Shown here in pieces: positions 1 to 9,070 of a stretch of 64,000 bases of DNA; position 1 is the first letter of the stretch; each line of letters begins with the position of its first letter. The stretch comes from Myxococcales bacterium (lineage in GTDB: Bacteria > Myxococcota_A > UBA9160 > UBA4427). Below the pieces are notes generated by a model. The model made no database searches and had not been told where the DNA came from. It saw only the letters and a program-made list of their open reading frames with translations. The stretch is from contig JADFNE010000015.1 in assembly GCA_022563535.1 (NCBI GenBank), forward strand, positions 1,305-65,304, written 5' to 3'. The position numbers were made by a program, and so were the translations under genes.

Positions 1-140
1 AGACCCGCCGCGTCAAACGACGCCCGGGGAATTCGACTGCCCGACGACAGTTTCTCGAGGCTCTTGGACAGGTTGCGCGAAATCGTATTCAGACTTCGCA
101 GACTGCCGTTGCTCGAACCGAGACTAATGCCGATCGCCAT
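1..140 (-). CDS. Flagellin, N-terminal fragment (gene runs off the left edge)
   Basis: Reverse-strand ATG at 138-140 preceded by AGGAG. Translation MAIGISLGSSNGSLRSLNTISRNLSKSLEKLSSGSRIPRASFDAAG matches the conserved flagellin N-terminal helix (LSSGxRIxxAxDAAG). Absent from the ORF track because it is truncated by the window edge. Confidence 0.7.
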   Translation of the reverse strand, partial: MAIGISLGSSNGSLRSLNTISRNLSKSLEKLSSGSRIPRASFDAAG

Positions 141-417
141 GGTGTTCTCCTGAGGCGCCGCTTGCGCGGAACGCTTCATTTTTATGCAGTCTTCACGCAG
201 ACGACGTGCAATTTAATTTCAAATCGAAAGCAAACGCCGCCGTGCGTTTCAAATTGCAATCTATTTGTACTCTTCGGACACAGCGGGAATTAATTGAGGC
301 GAAATTACACGGGAGCTTTCACTCCGGTCTATGCACGAGAAATGGGTGTGGGTTGCTGGGGGTTCGTGCGGCTTGATGCGGGTGGTCTACCCGGTGGGGT
401 GGATCTCGTCATGAGGT

Positions 418-1146
418 TCACGCAACGGGGCGGTGGCCGTGAACGATCTCTCCAAAGCGTCGCAACACCTGGGTTCCGTGTTCGCTGTCGCAGGCGCTGC
501 TGCTGATCGCGTCGGGATCCAGACCTTCTTCGAGCAATTCGGAGCGCCGCGCGCTGACATAGCCACGCACGATCTCGGCGTCGAATTCGGGATGAAATTG
601 AACCCCCCAGGCACACGGTCCGTAGGCGAACGCCTGGTTGGGGTCCCCCGCGCTGGCGGCTCGATGCAGCGCGCCGGCGGGCAGCTCAACGACTGATTCC
701 ACGTGACTGACCTGCACGCTGATCTGCTGAGGCAGCCCGCCCAGGAGCGAATCGTCGGCGAAACCAACGCCCATGCGAACCTCGACGGTTCCGATCTGTC
801 GACCCAACGGATTGCGTTCGACTCGCCCCCCGAGTGCTTGCGCGAGCAGTTGATGGCCATAGCAGATGCCCAGCAGCGGGATCTCGCGATCGACAGCGTC
901 CGGGAGCCAGGCGGCGCATCGCTCGCTCCAAGCTTCTCGCTCGGTCACCAGTGCGCTCGAACCCGTGATCACCACCCCCGAAATCGCACTGGGGTCGGGC
1001 AGCGCGTCTCCTTCGTAGACCGAAACAACTTCGATCTCATCCGCTGAAAAATCGAGCCCACTCGCAATCCAGTTCTCGAAGTCGCCGTGTGCTTCGACAA
1101 TGTCCGGCAGGGTTGTCCCGGTCTTCATGATCAATAGCGGCTTCAA
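418..1146 (-). CDS. Class I glutamine amidotransferase-like protein
   Basis: 242 aa. Nucleophile-elbow motif GICYGHQLL and the His/Glu region VQFHPEF are typical of triad GATases. The TTG start overlaps the stop of the upstream gene (TTGA). Confidence 0.8.
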   Translation of the reverse strand: MKPLLIMKTGTTLPDIVEAHGDFENWIASGLDFSADEIEVVSVYEGDALPDPSAISGVVITGSSALVTEREAWSERCAAWLPDAVDREIPLLGICYGHQLLAQALGGRVERNPLGRQIGTVEVRMGVGFADDSLLGGLPQQISVQVSHVESVVELPAGALHRAASAGDPNQAFAYGPCAWGVQFHPEFDAEIVRGYVSARRSELLEEGLDPDAISSSACDSEHGTQVLRRFGEIVHGHRPVA

Positions 1147-1997
1147 CGGGCGACTCCCGATCGGCCGCGCGGCTCGGTCAGTCTTGCATGAAGAAACTGC
1201 AGCACGATGCCCGAGGCGGTGGCGACATTGAGTGAGTCGACGCCCGGGGCCATCGGGATGCGCAGCGAGTGGTCGACATACTCGAGTGTCTCGCGGCTCA
1301 GTCCCTTGCCCTCGGTCCCGAGAATGAGTGCGATGCGCTCACCCAGATCGATCGACGACGACACGGCGGAGAGCGGGATCGCGTCCTCGGCGAGATCGAG
1401 TCCGATCAACTGATAGCCGGCGGAACGCAGGCTCGTCAGGGAATCCGGCCAGCCGTCAAAGCGCGCAAAGGGAAGTGTCAGGGTGCTCCCCATCGATACG
1501 CGAATCGCTTTGCGGTAAAGCGGGTCGCAGGAGCGGGGACACAGCAGGACGCCCGCGGCCTCGAACGCCAGGGCGTTGCGAAAGACATTTCCCATGTTTT
1601 CCGTGTTCGTCAGACCTTCCAGCACGACCAGCAGCGAAGCACCTTCTGGGGACGTGGCAATGAGTTCTTCGGGTCGCGTCTCGACGCCAATCCTGCCCGC
1701 GGCAAGGCAACCTCGATGCATGTCGAAACCCACGATTTCATTGAACACTTCTTGCTTCGCAAGATAGACCGGTGCCGTTTGGGGCAGTCGCTCCAGGACC
1801 GGGCGGATGGCTTCGCAGGCGCGCGGGGTCAAGAACAGCGAATCGGCGCGAAACCGCGAGTTGCCCACCAACCGCTCGACGACAAATCGGCCCTCGGCCA
1901 TGAACACGCCCCGGCTGCGCCGCAGGTCGGCGTCTCGCACGTTTCGATAGTCCGCCAGTCGCGGATCGTCGAGATTTTCGACCCAGATCGTCTGCAT
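1143..1997 (-). CDS. TrmH/SpoU (SPOUT) family RNA methyltransferase
   Basis: SPOUT motifs LEGLTNTENMGNVFR, LILGTEGKGLS and IPMAPGVDSLNVATA. ORF-track entry 1143..2405 is trimmed to the verified ATG at 1995-1997 (MQTIWVENLDDPRL). The 136 upstream codons are Arg/Ala-rich and look non-coding. Confidence 0.75.
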   Translation of the reverse strand: MQTIWVENLDDPRLADYRNVRDADLRRSRGVFMAEGRFVVERLVGNSRFRADSLFLTPRACEAIRPVLERLPQTAPVYLAKQEVFNEIVGFDMHRGCLAAGRIGVETRPEELIATSPEGASLLVVLEGLTNTENMGNVFRNALAFEAAGVLLCPRSCDPLYRKAIRVSMGSTLTLPFARFDGWPDSLTSLRSAGYQLIGLDLAEDAIPLSAVSSSIDLGERIALILGTEGKGLSRETLEYVDHSLRIPMAPGVDSLNVATASGIVLQFLHARLTEPRGRSGVAR

Positions 1998-2166
1998 CGG
2001 GAGATCCAAGCACAGGGCACGAAGACCTCGCCACTGTCCCCCGCGGATAAGGAACGGCGGTGAGAAAGTCGCTGCGAAGTCAGCACAATTGCGCCACCCT
2101 GCAGCCGCTGAACTGATCGCCCCCCGGGCGGGAGCAGGAGCGGGAGCGCCTAGATTGCCGGAACTC

Positions 2167-3075
2167 ATGACCAAGCGGGTGGCTGTAACCGGTGCCACAG
2201 GCCTGTTGGGTGGATATTTGATTCGCGCGTTATTGCAGCGCGGAGCGAATCCGATCGCGGTCGTGCGCAATCCGCAACTCGCCGCACCGCTGCGCTCCCT
2301 TGGGGTCGAGGTGCGGACAGCAGATCTCGGGGATGTCGCAGCCCTGACGCGCGCGTTCGAGAGCGCCGATACTGTGATCAGCAACGCCGCTCTGGTCAGC
2401 TTCAAGCCCCACCCGTTCAGTCGCTATCTAGACGTCAACGTCGAAGGGACAATCCATGTCTTCAATGCGATGAAAACCGCGGGGGTGGGACGGGGGATTC
2501 AGATTTCTTCCGTGGGAATCTATCGAGGGCACCGAACTCGGGTCGACGAAGATCACCCGCGCTACGGAGAGACTCACCGACACCACCGGTTCAACGGCTA
2601 CAAGGTCAGCAAGGCGCTCTCCGAAGAAACGGCCTGGCGCTACGCATCCAAATACGAAATTGACCTGACGAGCCTGCGCCCATCTGTGCTCTACGGCGCC
2701 TTCGATCGCAACTTCGGCATGTGGCACAAACGCGCCCTGCGCATGCGACCGCTCGCACCCTATCCCTACTTCGCGCGCTTCTGCCTGGTCTACGCCGGAG
2801 ATGTCGCCGAGGCCACCATGCTGGCATTGGAAAACCCGACCTCGTCCGGCAAGGCGTACAACGTCACCGGGGACAACTCCAGCCTATGGGAATTTGCCGA
2901 CGCTTGGATGGCAGAGGACCCGGAGTGTCAGAGCCGACGGCTCCCGTTGCCGATCCGGTATCGCCGCAGCTATTCGTGCGGGCGGATCCGGCGTGATCTC
3001 GGCTGGAAGACACGCAGCCATGTCGAGGGAATTCGAGAGACCTTGGCACTCGAAGACGAGTCGCGGCAATCCTAG
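2167..3075 (+). CDS. NAD-dependent epimerase/dehydratase (extended SDR family)
   Basis: N-terminal Rossmann motif VTGATGLLGGYL and catalytic YxxxK (YKVSK). Start trimmed from 2089 to the ATG at 2167 (MTKRVAVTGATG). Confidence 0.75.
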   Translation: MTKRVAVTGATGLLGGYLIRALLQRGANPIAVVRNPQLAAPLRSLGVEVRTADLGDVAALTRAFESADTVISNAALVSFKPHPFSRYLDVNVEGTIHVFNAMKTAGVGRGIQISSVGIYRGHRTRVDEDHPRYGETHRHHRFNGYKVSKALSEETAWRYASKYEIDLTSLRPSVLYGAFDRNFGMWHKRALRMRPLAPYPYFARFCLVYAGDVAEATMLALENPTSSGKAYNVTGDNSSLWEFADAWMAEDPECQSRRLPLPIRYRRSYSCGRIRRDLGWKTRSHVEGIRETLALEDESRQS

Positions 3076-3084
3076 AGGCGACGA

Positions 3085-4695
3085 TCAGGGGAGCGCGTAA
3101 AAGTCGTTTCCCTTGTCGTCGATGATGATGAAGGCCGGAAAATTCTCGACTTCGATTCGCCAGACCGCCTCCATCCCGAGTTCTTCGAACTCGAGGACTT
3201 CCACCTGCTTGATGCACTCCTGGGCGAGAATCGCTGCGCCGCCGCCGATCGAACCCAGGTAGAACCCTCCGTATTCCTTGCAGGCATTTGAAACTGCCTT
3301 GGACCGGTTTCCCTTGGCGAGGGTGATGAAGCTGCCGCCGTTCTGCATGAAAAGATCCACATAGGAATCCATGCGCCCTGCGGTCGTGGGTCCGAACGAT
3401 CCCGAAGCGTATCCCTCGGGCGTCTTGGCGGGTCCGGCGTAGTAGATGATGTGGTCCTTGAAGTAGTCCGGCAGCGGTTCTCCCGCGTCGAGGCGCTCCT
3501 TTAGCTTGGCGTGGGCGATATCTCGGGCGACCACGATCGTGCCCGACAGCGAGAGACGTGTCGTCACCGGGTATTGGCTCAGGGTCTCGCGCAACTCCGC
3601 CATGGGTCGATTGAGGTCGAGCTTGACCACGTCTTGATCATTGCTGTCTTCTATTGGTTGGGGCAGGAACCGCGCGGGCTCCGTTTCGAGTTGTTCGAGA
3701 AAGATTCCATCGCTGGTGATCTTGCCGAGAATCTGTCGGTCGGCGGAGCACGAAACTCCGATCCCGACGGGACACGAGGCACCGTGGCGCGGTAGCCGAA
3801 TGACCCGAACGTCGTGACAGAAGTACTTGCCGCCAAATTGTGCGCCGATCCCCATTTGCTGGGTGAAGCGATGAATTTTCTCTTCGAGGTCGGGGTCGCG
3901 AAACGCGCGGGCGGTCTCGTTGCCCTTCGTGGGCAGGGTGTCGAGATAATGAGCACTCGCCAGCTTCACCGTCTTGAGTGTCATCTCTGCCGACGTCCCG
4001 CCGATCACGATGGCGAGATGGTAGGGAGGACAAGCGGAGGTTCCGAGCAGCGGCAATTTCTTGGCCAGAAATGCCATCAGCGAGTCTTCGTTCAACAGCG
4101 CACGCGTTTCCTGGAACAAGAAAGTCTTGTTCGCGGAGCCGCCACCTTTCGTAATGAAGAGAAACTTGTACTCGGAGCCCTGGGTCGCGTGGAGATCCAC
4201 CTGGGCCGGCAGATTCGTTCCGGTGTTCTTCTCGTCATACATGGTGAGGGGCGCCATCTGGGAATAGCGAAGATTGGTCGTCGAGTAGGTTTCATAGATT
4301 CCGCGCGAAATTGCCTCTTCGTCATCGAAACCGGTGTAGACGTCCTCGCCCTTCTTGCCGAGAACGATTGCCGTGCCGGTGTCCTGGCAGGAGGGCAAAA
4401 TCATGTCGGCGGCGATGTTTGCATTCTTCAGCAGTTCGAGGGCCACGATGCGATCGTTGCCCGACGCGTCCGGGTCTTCGAGAATCTTTGCGAGCTGCGA
4501 GAGATGGCTGGGGCGGAACAGATGTGAAACATCGCGGATTGCATGGGCCGCGAGAAGCGAGAGCGCCTCGGGAGCGACCTTCAACACCGTGCGGCCGTCG
4601 AATTCGACCGTCTTTACGTGCTCGTCGCTGAGCAAGCGGTAGGGGGCGCTGTCTTCCCCGAGTTCGAATATTTTCTGAAATTGAAATTCGGCCAT
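3085..4695 (-). CDS. Class I (Fe-S dependent) fumarate hydratase
   Basis: 536 aa single-chain enzyme. Motifs [10 protein letters not shown] and [16 protein letters not shown] and the C-terminal beta-domain (GPTTAGRMD) are characteristic of FumA/FumB-type hydratases. Confidence 0.85.
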   Translation of the reverse strand: MAEFQFQKIFELGEDSAPYRLLSDEHVKTVEFDGRTVLKVAPEALSLLAAHAIRDVSHLFRPSHLSQLAKILEDPDASGNDRIVALELLKNANIAADMILPSCQDTGTAIVLGKKGEDVYTGFDDEEAISRGIYETYSTTNLRYSQMAPLTMYDEKNTGTNLPAQVDLHATQGSEYKFLFITKGGGSANKTFLFQETRALLNEDSLMAFLAKKLPLLGTSACPPYHLAIVIGGTSAEMTLKTVKLASAHYLDTLPTKGNETARAFRDPDLEEKIHRFTQQMGIGAQFGGKYFCHDVRVIRLPRHGASCPVGIGVSCSADRQILGKITSDGIFLEQLETEPARFLPQPIEDSNDQDVVKLDLNRPMAELRETLSQYPVTTRLSLSGTIVVARDIAHAKLKERLDAGEPLPDYFKDHIIYYAGPAKTPEGYASGSFGPTTAGRMDSYVDLFMQNGGSFITLAKGNRSKAVSNACKEYGGFYLGSIGGGAAILAQECIKQVEVLEFEELGMEAVWRIEVENFPAFIIIDDKGNDFYALP

Positions 4696-5197
4696 GCTGC
4701 GCCCCCAGTCCCCTCGTTCTTCGTTGATGCGATTCGCTTCGGCGCGGACTCATCGAGGGACACGCGATCCGGAGTTTTCGCAGGGCCAGAGTAGCGAATA
4801 ATGACCTCGTTCTCGTCGGCCCCCGTCAGTTCTAGGGGAGGAGCGCCGCACGCCCGCGCGGCGAAGACCGTCGATTCCAGTGGAGGGCCCACACGGCGGC
4901 TGGCTCCACTTGCCTTGCACCAAAACTGCGCACGGGTGGTTCATTTTTGGAAACTCAGGCTCGCGCCGCTGGTGTCCGACAAGAAATCTGAGAGCAGGCT
5001 GCCGCGGTTGCCCGACAAGCTACGGCACTGGGCGAGTTGGGCGTCATGTTGCCAGAGGGGTGTACACCTGTCGGGTCGAAAATTGTGAGGCTTGAAGCGG
5101 CGTGTCAGGGGGAATCCCGACTCGAACGCTGCGCCGGTCCCCGGGCGGGTGTAGGACACCTGCCCCGCGGCGTTCGGCCCTGTTACACTGAAAACCT

Positions 5198-7288
5198 ATG
5201 AAGAATCTGAGCCGCTTCAGCCATTTTGCCACCAAACACGAGCCCCCATTTCGACGGGGCGTCCGTTTTGCTGCCATGATCGCGCTGGTCCTCGCGAGCG
5301 TTTCCTGTTCGGGTACGGCCGAGAGCATGGAACTCACCTGCGAACGGATCCCTGGCCTGCTCAACACGTTTCTTCACAAGCACATCAGCTATCGCCATCT
5401 CAACGACAAGCTTCGCACTCGAGCGATCGACTCCTATATCAAGCGCCTCGATTCCGCAAAGACCCTTTACACCACTCGCGAAGCGGCGGCTCTCAAGTCA
5501 TCACTCCAGGGGATCTTCTTCGATGTCGGCAGCGGCGAATGCACGAGCCTCGAAGAGATCCAGAAGGACATCGTCGACCGTTACGAAAAGATGCAACAGT
5601 ACGTCGAGTCCTATGTTCGATCGGATGATTACGCGGCGGATCCCGAAATCGAACTGGTAATCGATCCCGACAGGCGAGCTCGCCCCAAGAATCTCGAGCA
5701 ACAGCACGCGCTTTACCGCAAGTTGGTCCAGTTCCAGATCTCCAACTACATGAGCAACGGGAACACCCTCGAAGAGGCAAAGGACAAGCTGGTCCACCGC
5801 TACGAGCTCACGGTCAAGCGGGCAGTGGAATTTGACAATGAGGACATCTACAGCCTGTTCCTCGATGCGTTCGCGAGCGCCCTGGATCCTCACTCCAATT
5901 ATTTCAGCGCGGAAAACAACGAAGACTTCAAGATCCAGATGGGACTCTCGCTGATCGGCATCGGTGTCGGGCTGTCGTCTCGGGACGGATATTCGATCGT
6001 AGAGAAAGTCATTCCGGGGGGCGCCGCCGACAAGGTCGGGAAACTCAAACCCAATGACAAAGTCATCGCCGTTGCCCAGGACGGTGAAGAACCCGTAGAC
6101 GTGATCGACATGGATCTGCGTAAAGTGGTCCGGTTGATCCGCGGCGAACGGCATACAGTCGTACATCTTACAATCCTGCGACAGGACGCGAAGACCGAAC
6201 GTTTTGTGGTCAGCATCACCCGGGACAAGATCAACCTCGAAGAACAGGCAGCGAAGCTCACCTTCGAAACCATCAAGATCGCAGGCAAGGACGAGAAAAT
6301 CGCCATCATCGACCTCCCGTCGTTCTACGGAGGCCGTGACCCCTCGGAACGCAAGAGTTCAACCGACCTGCGGAAACTCCTGCAGCAAGTGGCTGAAGCC
6401 AACGCAGTGGGGCTCCTGCTCGATCTTTCACGCAACGGTGGAGGGCTGCTGGACAGCGCTCGCGAAATCGCGGGATTCTTCATCCGCGAAGGCGGCGTGG
6501 TTGCAGTCAAGGACGAGTACGGGAACGTCCAGATCATGCGCGACGATGACCCGAATATCTTGTTCAAAGGACCCATGGTCGTGCTGACTTCCCGGATCAG
6601 CGCTTCAGCTTCAGAAATTGTCGCCGGCGCGATGAAGGACTACCACCGCGCGGTCCTGGTCGGCGACGATCACACCTTTGGCAAGGGCACAGTCCAGACC
6701 CTGGTCCCGCTGCCACCCGGACTCGGAGCGCTAAAGGTCACGACAGCACTCTTCTTCCGACCCGGCGGAAATTCGACCCAGCATTCGGGCGTCTTTTCGG
6801 ACATCGTGGTGCCCTCGCCGTTCAATACAGACGACTTCGGGGAGTCCAACCAGACTTACGCTCTCGAGGCCGCAACGATCCCACCCTTCCTCGACGCAAG
6901 CGCAAATCTCAACGAAAGCGGTTCCGGCCCGGCAGACTTCTACTCCCCCGTGACACCCGAAATTGTTTCCAAGCTAGCCGTGCTTTCTGCCAAGCGAGTC
7001 GCGGATAGCGAAGACTTTGCGGAAGTGGAACGCAAGCTCAAGGAAGTGCAGAATCGCGCCGGGGTCATTCGTCTTTCGGAAATTCTCAAAGCAGAGGAAG
7101 AGGCCGAGAAGAACGCCGCAGACAGGGATGAGAATGTAGAAGAAACGGACGAGGAAATAGACAAGCCCTCGATCCAGCGGACGGAAGCCCTCGAGATCTT
7201 GCGAGACTACGTGTTGCTTTCCCGCTCACTCCCCACTTCGACGACCATTGCAGCCGAAGTACGTAAAGCCACGGTAGACGAGCTCTAG
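5198..7288 (+). CDS. prc: Tail-specific (C-terminal processing) protease, S41 family
   Basis: 696 aa. Lipoprotein-like signal (LVLASVSC), PDZ segment (GIGVGLSSRDGYSIVEKVIPGGAADKVGKLKPNDKVIAV), and S41 catalytic region (DLSRNGGGLL, TSRISASASEIVAGA, GDDHTFGKGTVQ). Confidence 0.85.
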   Translation: MKNLSRFSHFATKHEPPFRRGVRFAAMIALVLASVSCSGTAESMELTCERIPGLLNTFLHKHISYRHLNDKLRTRAIDSYIKRLDSAKTLYTTREAAALKSSLQGIFFDVGSGECTSLEEIQKDIVDRYEKMQQYVESYVRSDDYAADPEIELVIDPDRRARPKNLEQQHALYRKLVQFQISNYMSNGNTLEEAKDKLVHRYELTVKRAVEFDNEDIYSLFLDAFASALDPHSNYFSAENNEDFKIQMGLSLIGIGVGLSSRDGYSIVEKVIPGGAADKVGKLKPNDKVIAVAQDGEEPVDVIDMDLRKVVRLIRGERHTVVHLTILRQDAKTERFVVSITRDKINLEEQAAKLTFETIKIAGKDEKIAIIDLPSFYGGRDPSERKSSTDLRKLLQQVAEANAVGLLLDLSRNGGGLLDSAREIAGFFIREGGVVAVKDEYGNVQIMRDDDPNILFKGPMVVLTSRISASASEIVAGAMKDYHRAVLVGDDHTFGKGTVQTLVPLPPGLGALKVTTALFFRPGGNSTQHSGVFSDIVVPSPFNTDDFGESNQTYALEAATIPPFLDASANLNESGSGPADFYSPVTPEIVSKLAVLSAKRVADSEDFAEVERKLKEVQNRAGVIRLSEILKAEEEAEKNAADRDENVEETDEEIDKPSIQRTEALEILRDYVLLSRSLPTSTTIAAEVRKATVDEL

Positions 7289-7299
7289 CCGTCGGCTGT

Positions 7300-7710
7300 C
7301 TAGTCCGGGCCACTTTTCTTGAAGTAGTCGGCCATCACATGCAGCAGCGCGGAAAAGGTGACCCGTTCCTCGATCACGAGAAGCGCGCCGAGATCCAGAC
7401 AGCGATGGAAGCGCTGCAGCATAAGCAGGTGTTCAACCTGCTTCTCGCTGAGGAACTTCAGGCTGATCCCGATCTCTCCAAACAACCTCGGGTCGGCCGC
7501 TTGACGCGTGATGATCTGGTCGATCTGGTCGAGAGAAATCAACCCCACCCGCAGCCCTATGGAACCGAGCGTGTTCCCGCTCCCGCACCACTCCCCCGGT
7601 TCGGGAATGTCGCTGTCCGTGAGACCGAGCGACTGCTTTAGAAAGCTGACGAATTTCGTGTTCTGAATTGGATCCACCACAATCCGTTCTTCGGTCGAAC
7701 CCGAATCCAA
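7300..7710 (-). CDS. Small hypothetical protein with two tandem MshEN-like 24-residue motifs (candidate c-di-GMP receptor)
   Basis: 136 aa with high GC3 in this frame. aa 47-70 are TLGSIGLRVGLISLDQIDQIITRQ, aa 71-75 are the spacer AADPR, and aa 76-99 are LFGEIGISLKFLSEKQVEHLLMLQ. There is no ATG before residue 97, so the start is TTG 7710 or a GTG at about 7677-7680 and remains uncertain. Confidence 0.55.
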   Translation of the reverse strand: MDSGSTEERIVVDPIQNTKFVSFLKQSLGLTDSDIPEPGEWCGSGNTLGSIGLRVGLISLDQIDQIITRQAADPRLFGEIGISLKFLSEKQVEHLLMLQRFHRCLDLGALLVIEERVTFSALLHVMADYFKKSGPD

Positions 7711-7892
7711 ATCGAGTCTCCCGAGTCATAGGTTTTGAGAATGCAATCTCGATTTGCCGGCGCGCATCGTCTTGCTCATGCGAATGCACCGGGGCGTCGA
7801 AACCCAGCGTTGAGTCGACGTCAACCAATTCGTCCCCAACTGGACGATCCGGTTGCGTTGCACAACCAGGTCACGGAGTAGCGCGCAGATTC

Positions 7893-8747
7893 ATGAGCGA
7901 GAAACTCGAGCAGTACCTCGAATCCACCGCGGATGATCTTCCCGCGATGCCCGCCATCGCACGTGAAATCATCCGTGCAGTCGACGACCCCAGTTCGTGC
8001 ATTGCCGACATCAAGGAATTGATCGAACAAGACTCTGCGATAGCGGCCAAGCTGCTCAAGATGTCCAATTCTGCGCTGTACGGATTTCCGAGCGAGATCA
8101 ACAGTATCTCTCACGCCATTTCACTGCTCGGCACTCGCACGGTTCGCAATCTCGTACTCGCGGTTTCGCTCAAGAAGACCTTCAGGCGCTTCGGGTTGAT
8201 GGAACAGCTCTTGTGGCAACACTCCACACTCTCGGGACCTGTTGCGGCAAAGCTCTCAGCTCTTCCGCAGATCGATGTAAGTTCTGACGAGGCGTTTACG
8301 GCCGGCTTGCTGCACCATATCGGCAAAACCGCACTCGCGAACAGCCATCACGACGAATACGAGCAGGTTATCCAGCGCGTCTACAATGAGAAAATCGGAT
8401 TCGTCCAGGCGGAAACCGAGCAATTCGGCTTCGACCACTCGATACTCGGCGGTGCGATCGCAAGTCGCTGGAACTTGCCCGATTCTCTCGTGTCCGTCAT
8501 CGAGAACCACCACAATTCTGGCGCACTGGCAAGTTTGCCCGAAGGCGTTGCGCGACTGACGGCGCTCATAAGCGTGACCAGCATCTGCTTGACCAAGCTC
8601 GGAGTCGGTCGCGCAGAATCGGTCGATGAAATCGAGCCGGCAAATCTCCCCGCCTGGAACTACCTCGATCTCACCGAGGACGACGTGGAACATATCCTCG
8701 AAATTTGCACAGATCAGATCAAGACTTCGCAAGAACTCATCAGCTGA
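7893..8747 (+). CDS. HDOD domain-containing signalling protein
   Basis: The typical HDOD N-terminus (LPAMPAIAREIIRAVDDPSSCIADIKELIEQDSAIAAKLLKMSNSALYGFPSEINSISHAISLLG) and the HHIGK and HH motifs are present. Trimmed from 7668 to the verified ATG at 7893. Confidence 0.8.
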   Translation: MSEKLEQYLESTADDLPAMPAIAREIIRAVDDPSSCIADIKELIEQDSAIAAKLLKMSNSALYGFPSEINSISHAISLLGTRTVRNLVLAVSLKKTFRRFGLMEQLLWQHSTLSGPVAAKLSALPQIDVSSDEAFTAGLLHHIGKTALANSHHDEYEQVIQRVYNEKIGFVQAETEQFGFDHSILGGAIASRWNLPDSLVSVIENHHNSGALASLPEGVARLTALISVTSICLTKLGVGRAESVDEIEPANLPAWNYLDLTEDDVEHILEICTDQIKTSQELIS

Positions 8748-8795
8748 GAGACGTCGATGGCCCGCCCGGGGAGTCTCGGCTAGTGTGGGCACCTC

Positions 8796-9059
8796 ATGTC
8801 CTTGGAAATTCTCGGCGACAACTCGACAAACACAATCGATCAGATGCGCAGCGCGATCGAAGCTGCGGTCGATTGCCATGAGATCTCAATCGACTCGGGA
8901 AGCCCGGGGCACTTTGCCATTCGAGTGGTCTCGGCCGCCTTTGTAGACCTTGGGCGCGTCAAGCAACAGCAGTTGATCTACGGCGCAATCGCGCACCTGA
9001 TGAAGGGCGACGGCGCACCTGTCCACGCCATCGACCGTCTCGAATGCGTGGCCCCCTGA
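8796..9059 (+). CDS. BolA family protein
   Basis: 87 aa. GHFAIRVVSAAFVDLGRVKQQQLIYGAIAHLMKGDGAPVHAI matches the BolA pattern (H-F-x-V-S-x-F-x-G-x-R-V-x-x-H-R-like helix-turn followed by HA). Confidence 0.7.
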   Translation: MSLEILGDNSTNTIDQMRSAIEAAVDCHEISIDSGSPGHFAIRVVSAAFVDLGRVKQQQLIYGAIAHLMKGDGAPVHAIDRLECVAP

Positions 9060-9070
9060 GTCCCGACGAC

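Noticed and set aside
1998-2405. N-terminal extensions of ORF-track entries: 1143..2405, 2089.., 7668.., 14087..15112, 17387..19579, 30422..32107, 35114.., 59388.., 61441.., 50726.., 48078...
   Set aside because: In every case a conserved family N-terminus begins at an internal, sequence-verified start codon. The upstream part is Arg/Pro/Ala-rich, overlaps neighbouring genes or spacers, and has no homology-like features.
4801-5088. Small ORFs inside the 4.7-5.2 kb spacer (4801..5088, 4880..5095, 4941..5159, 5044..5367) as possible small proteins.
   Set aside because: No ribosome-binding site, inconsistent GC3, basic low-complexity translations and mutual overlap. The spacer is reported as a finding for its repeats instead.
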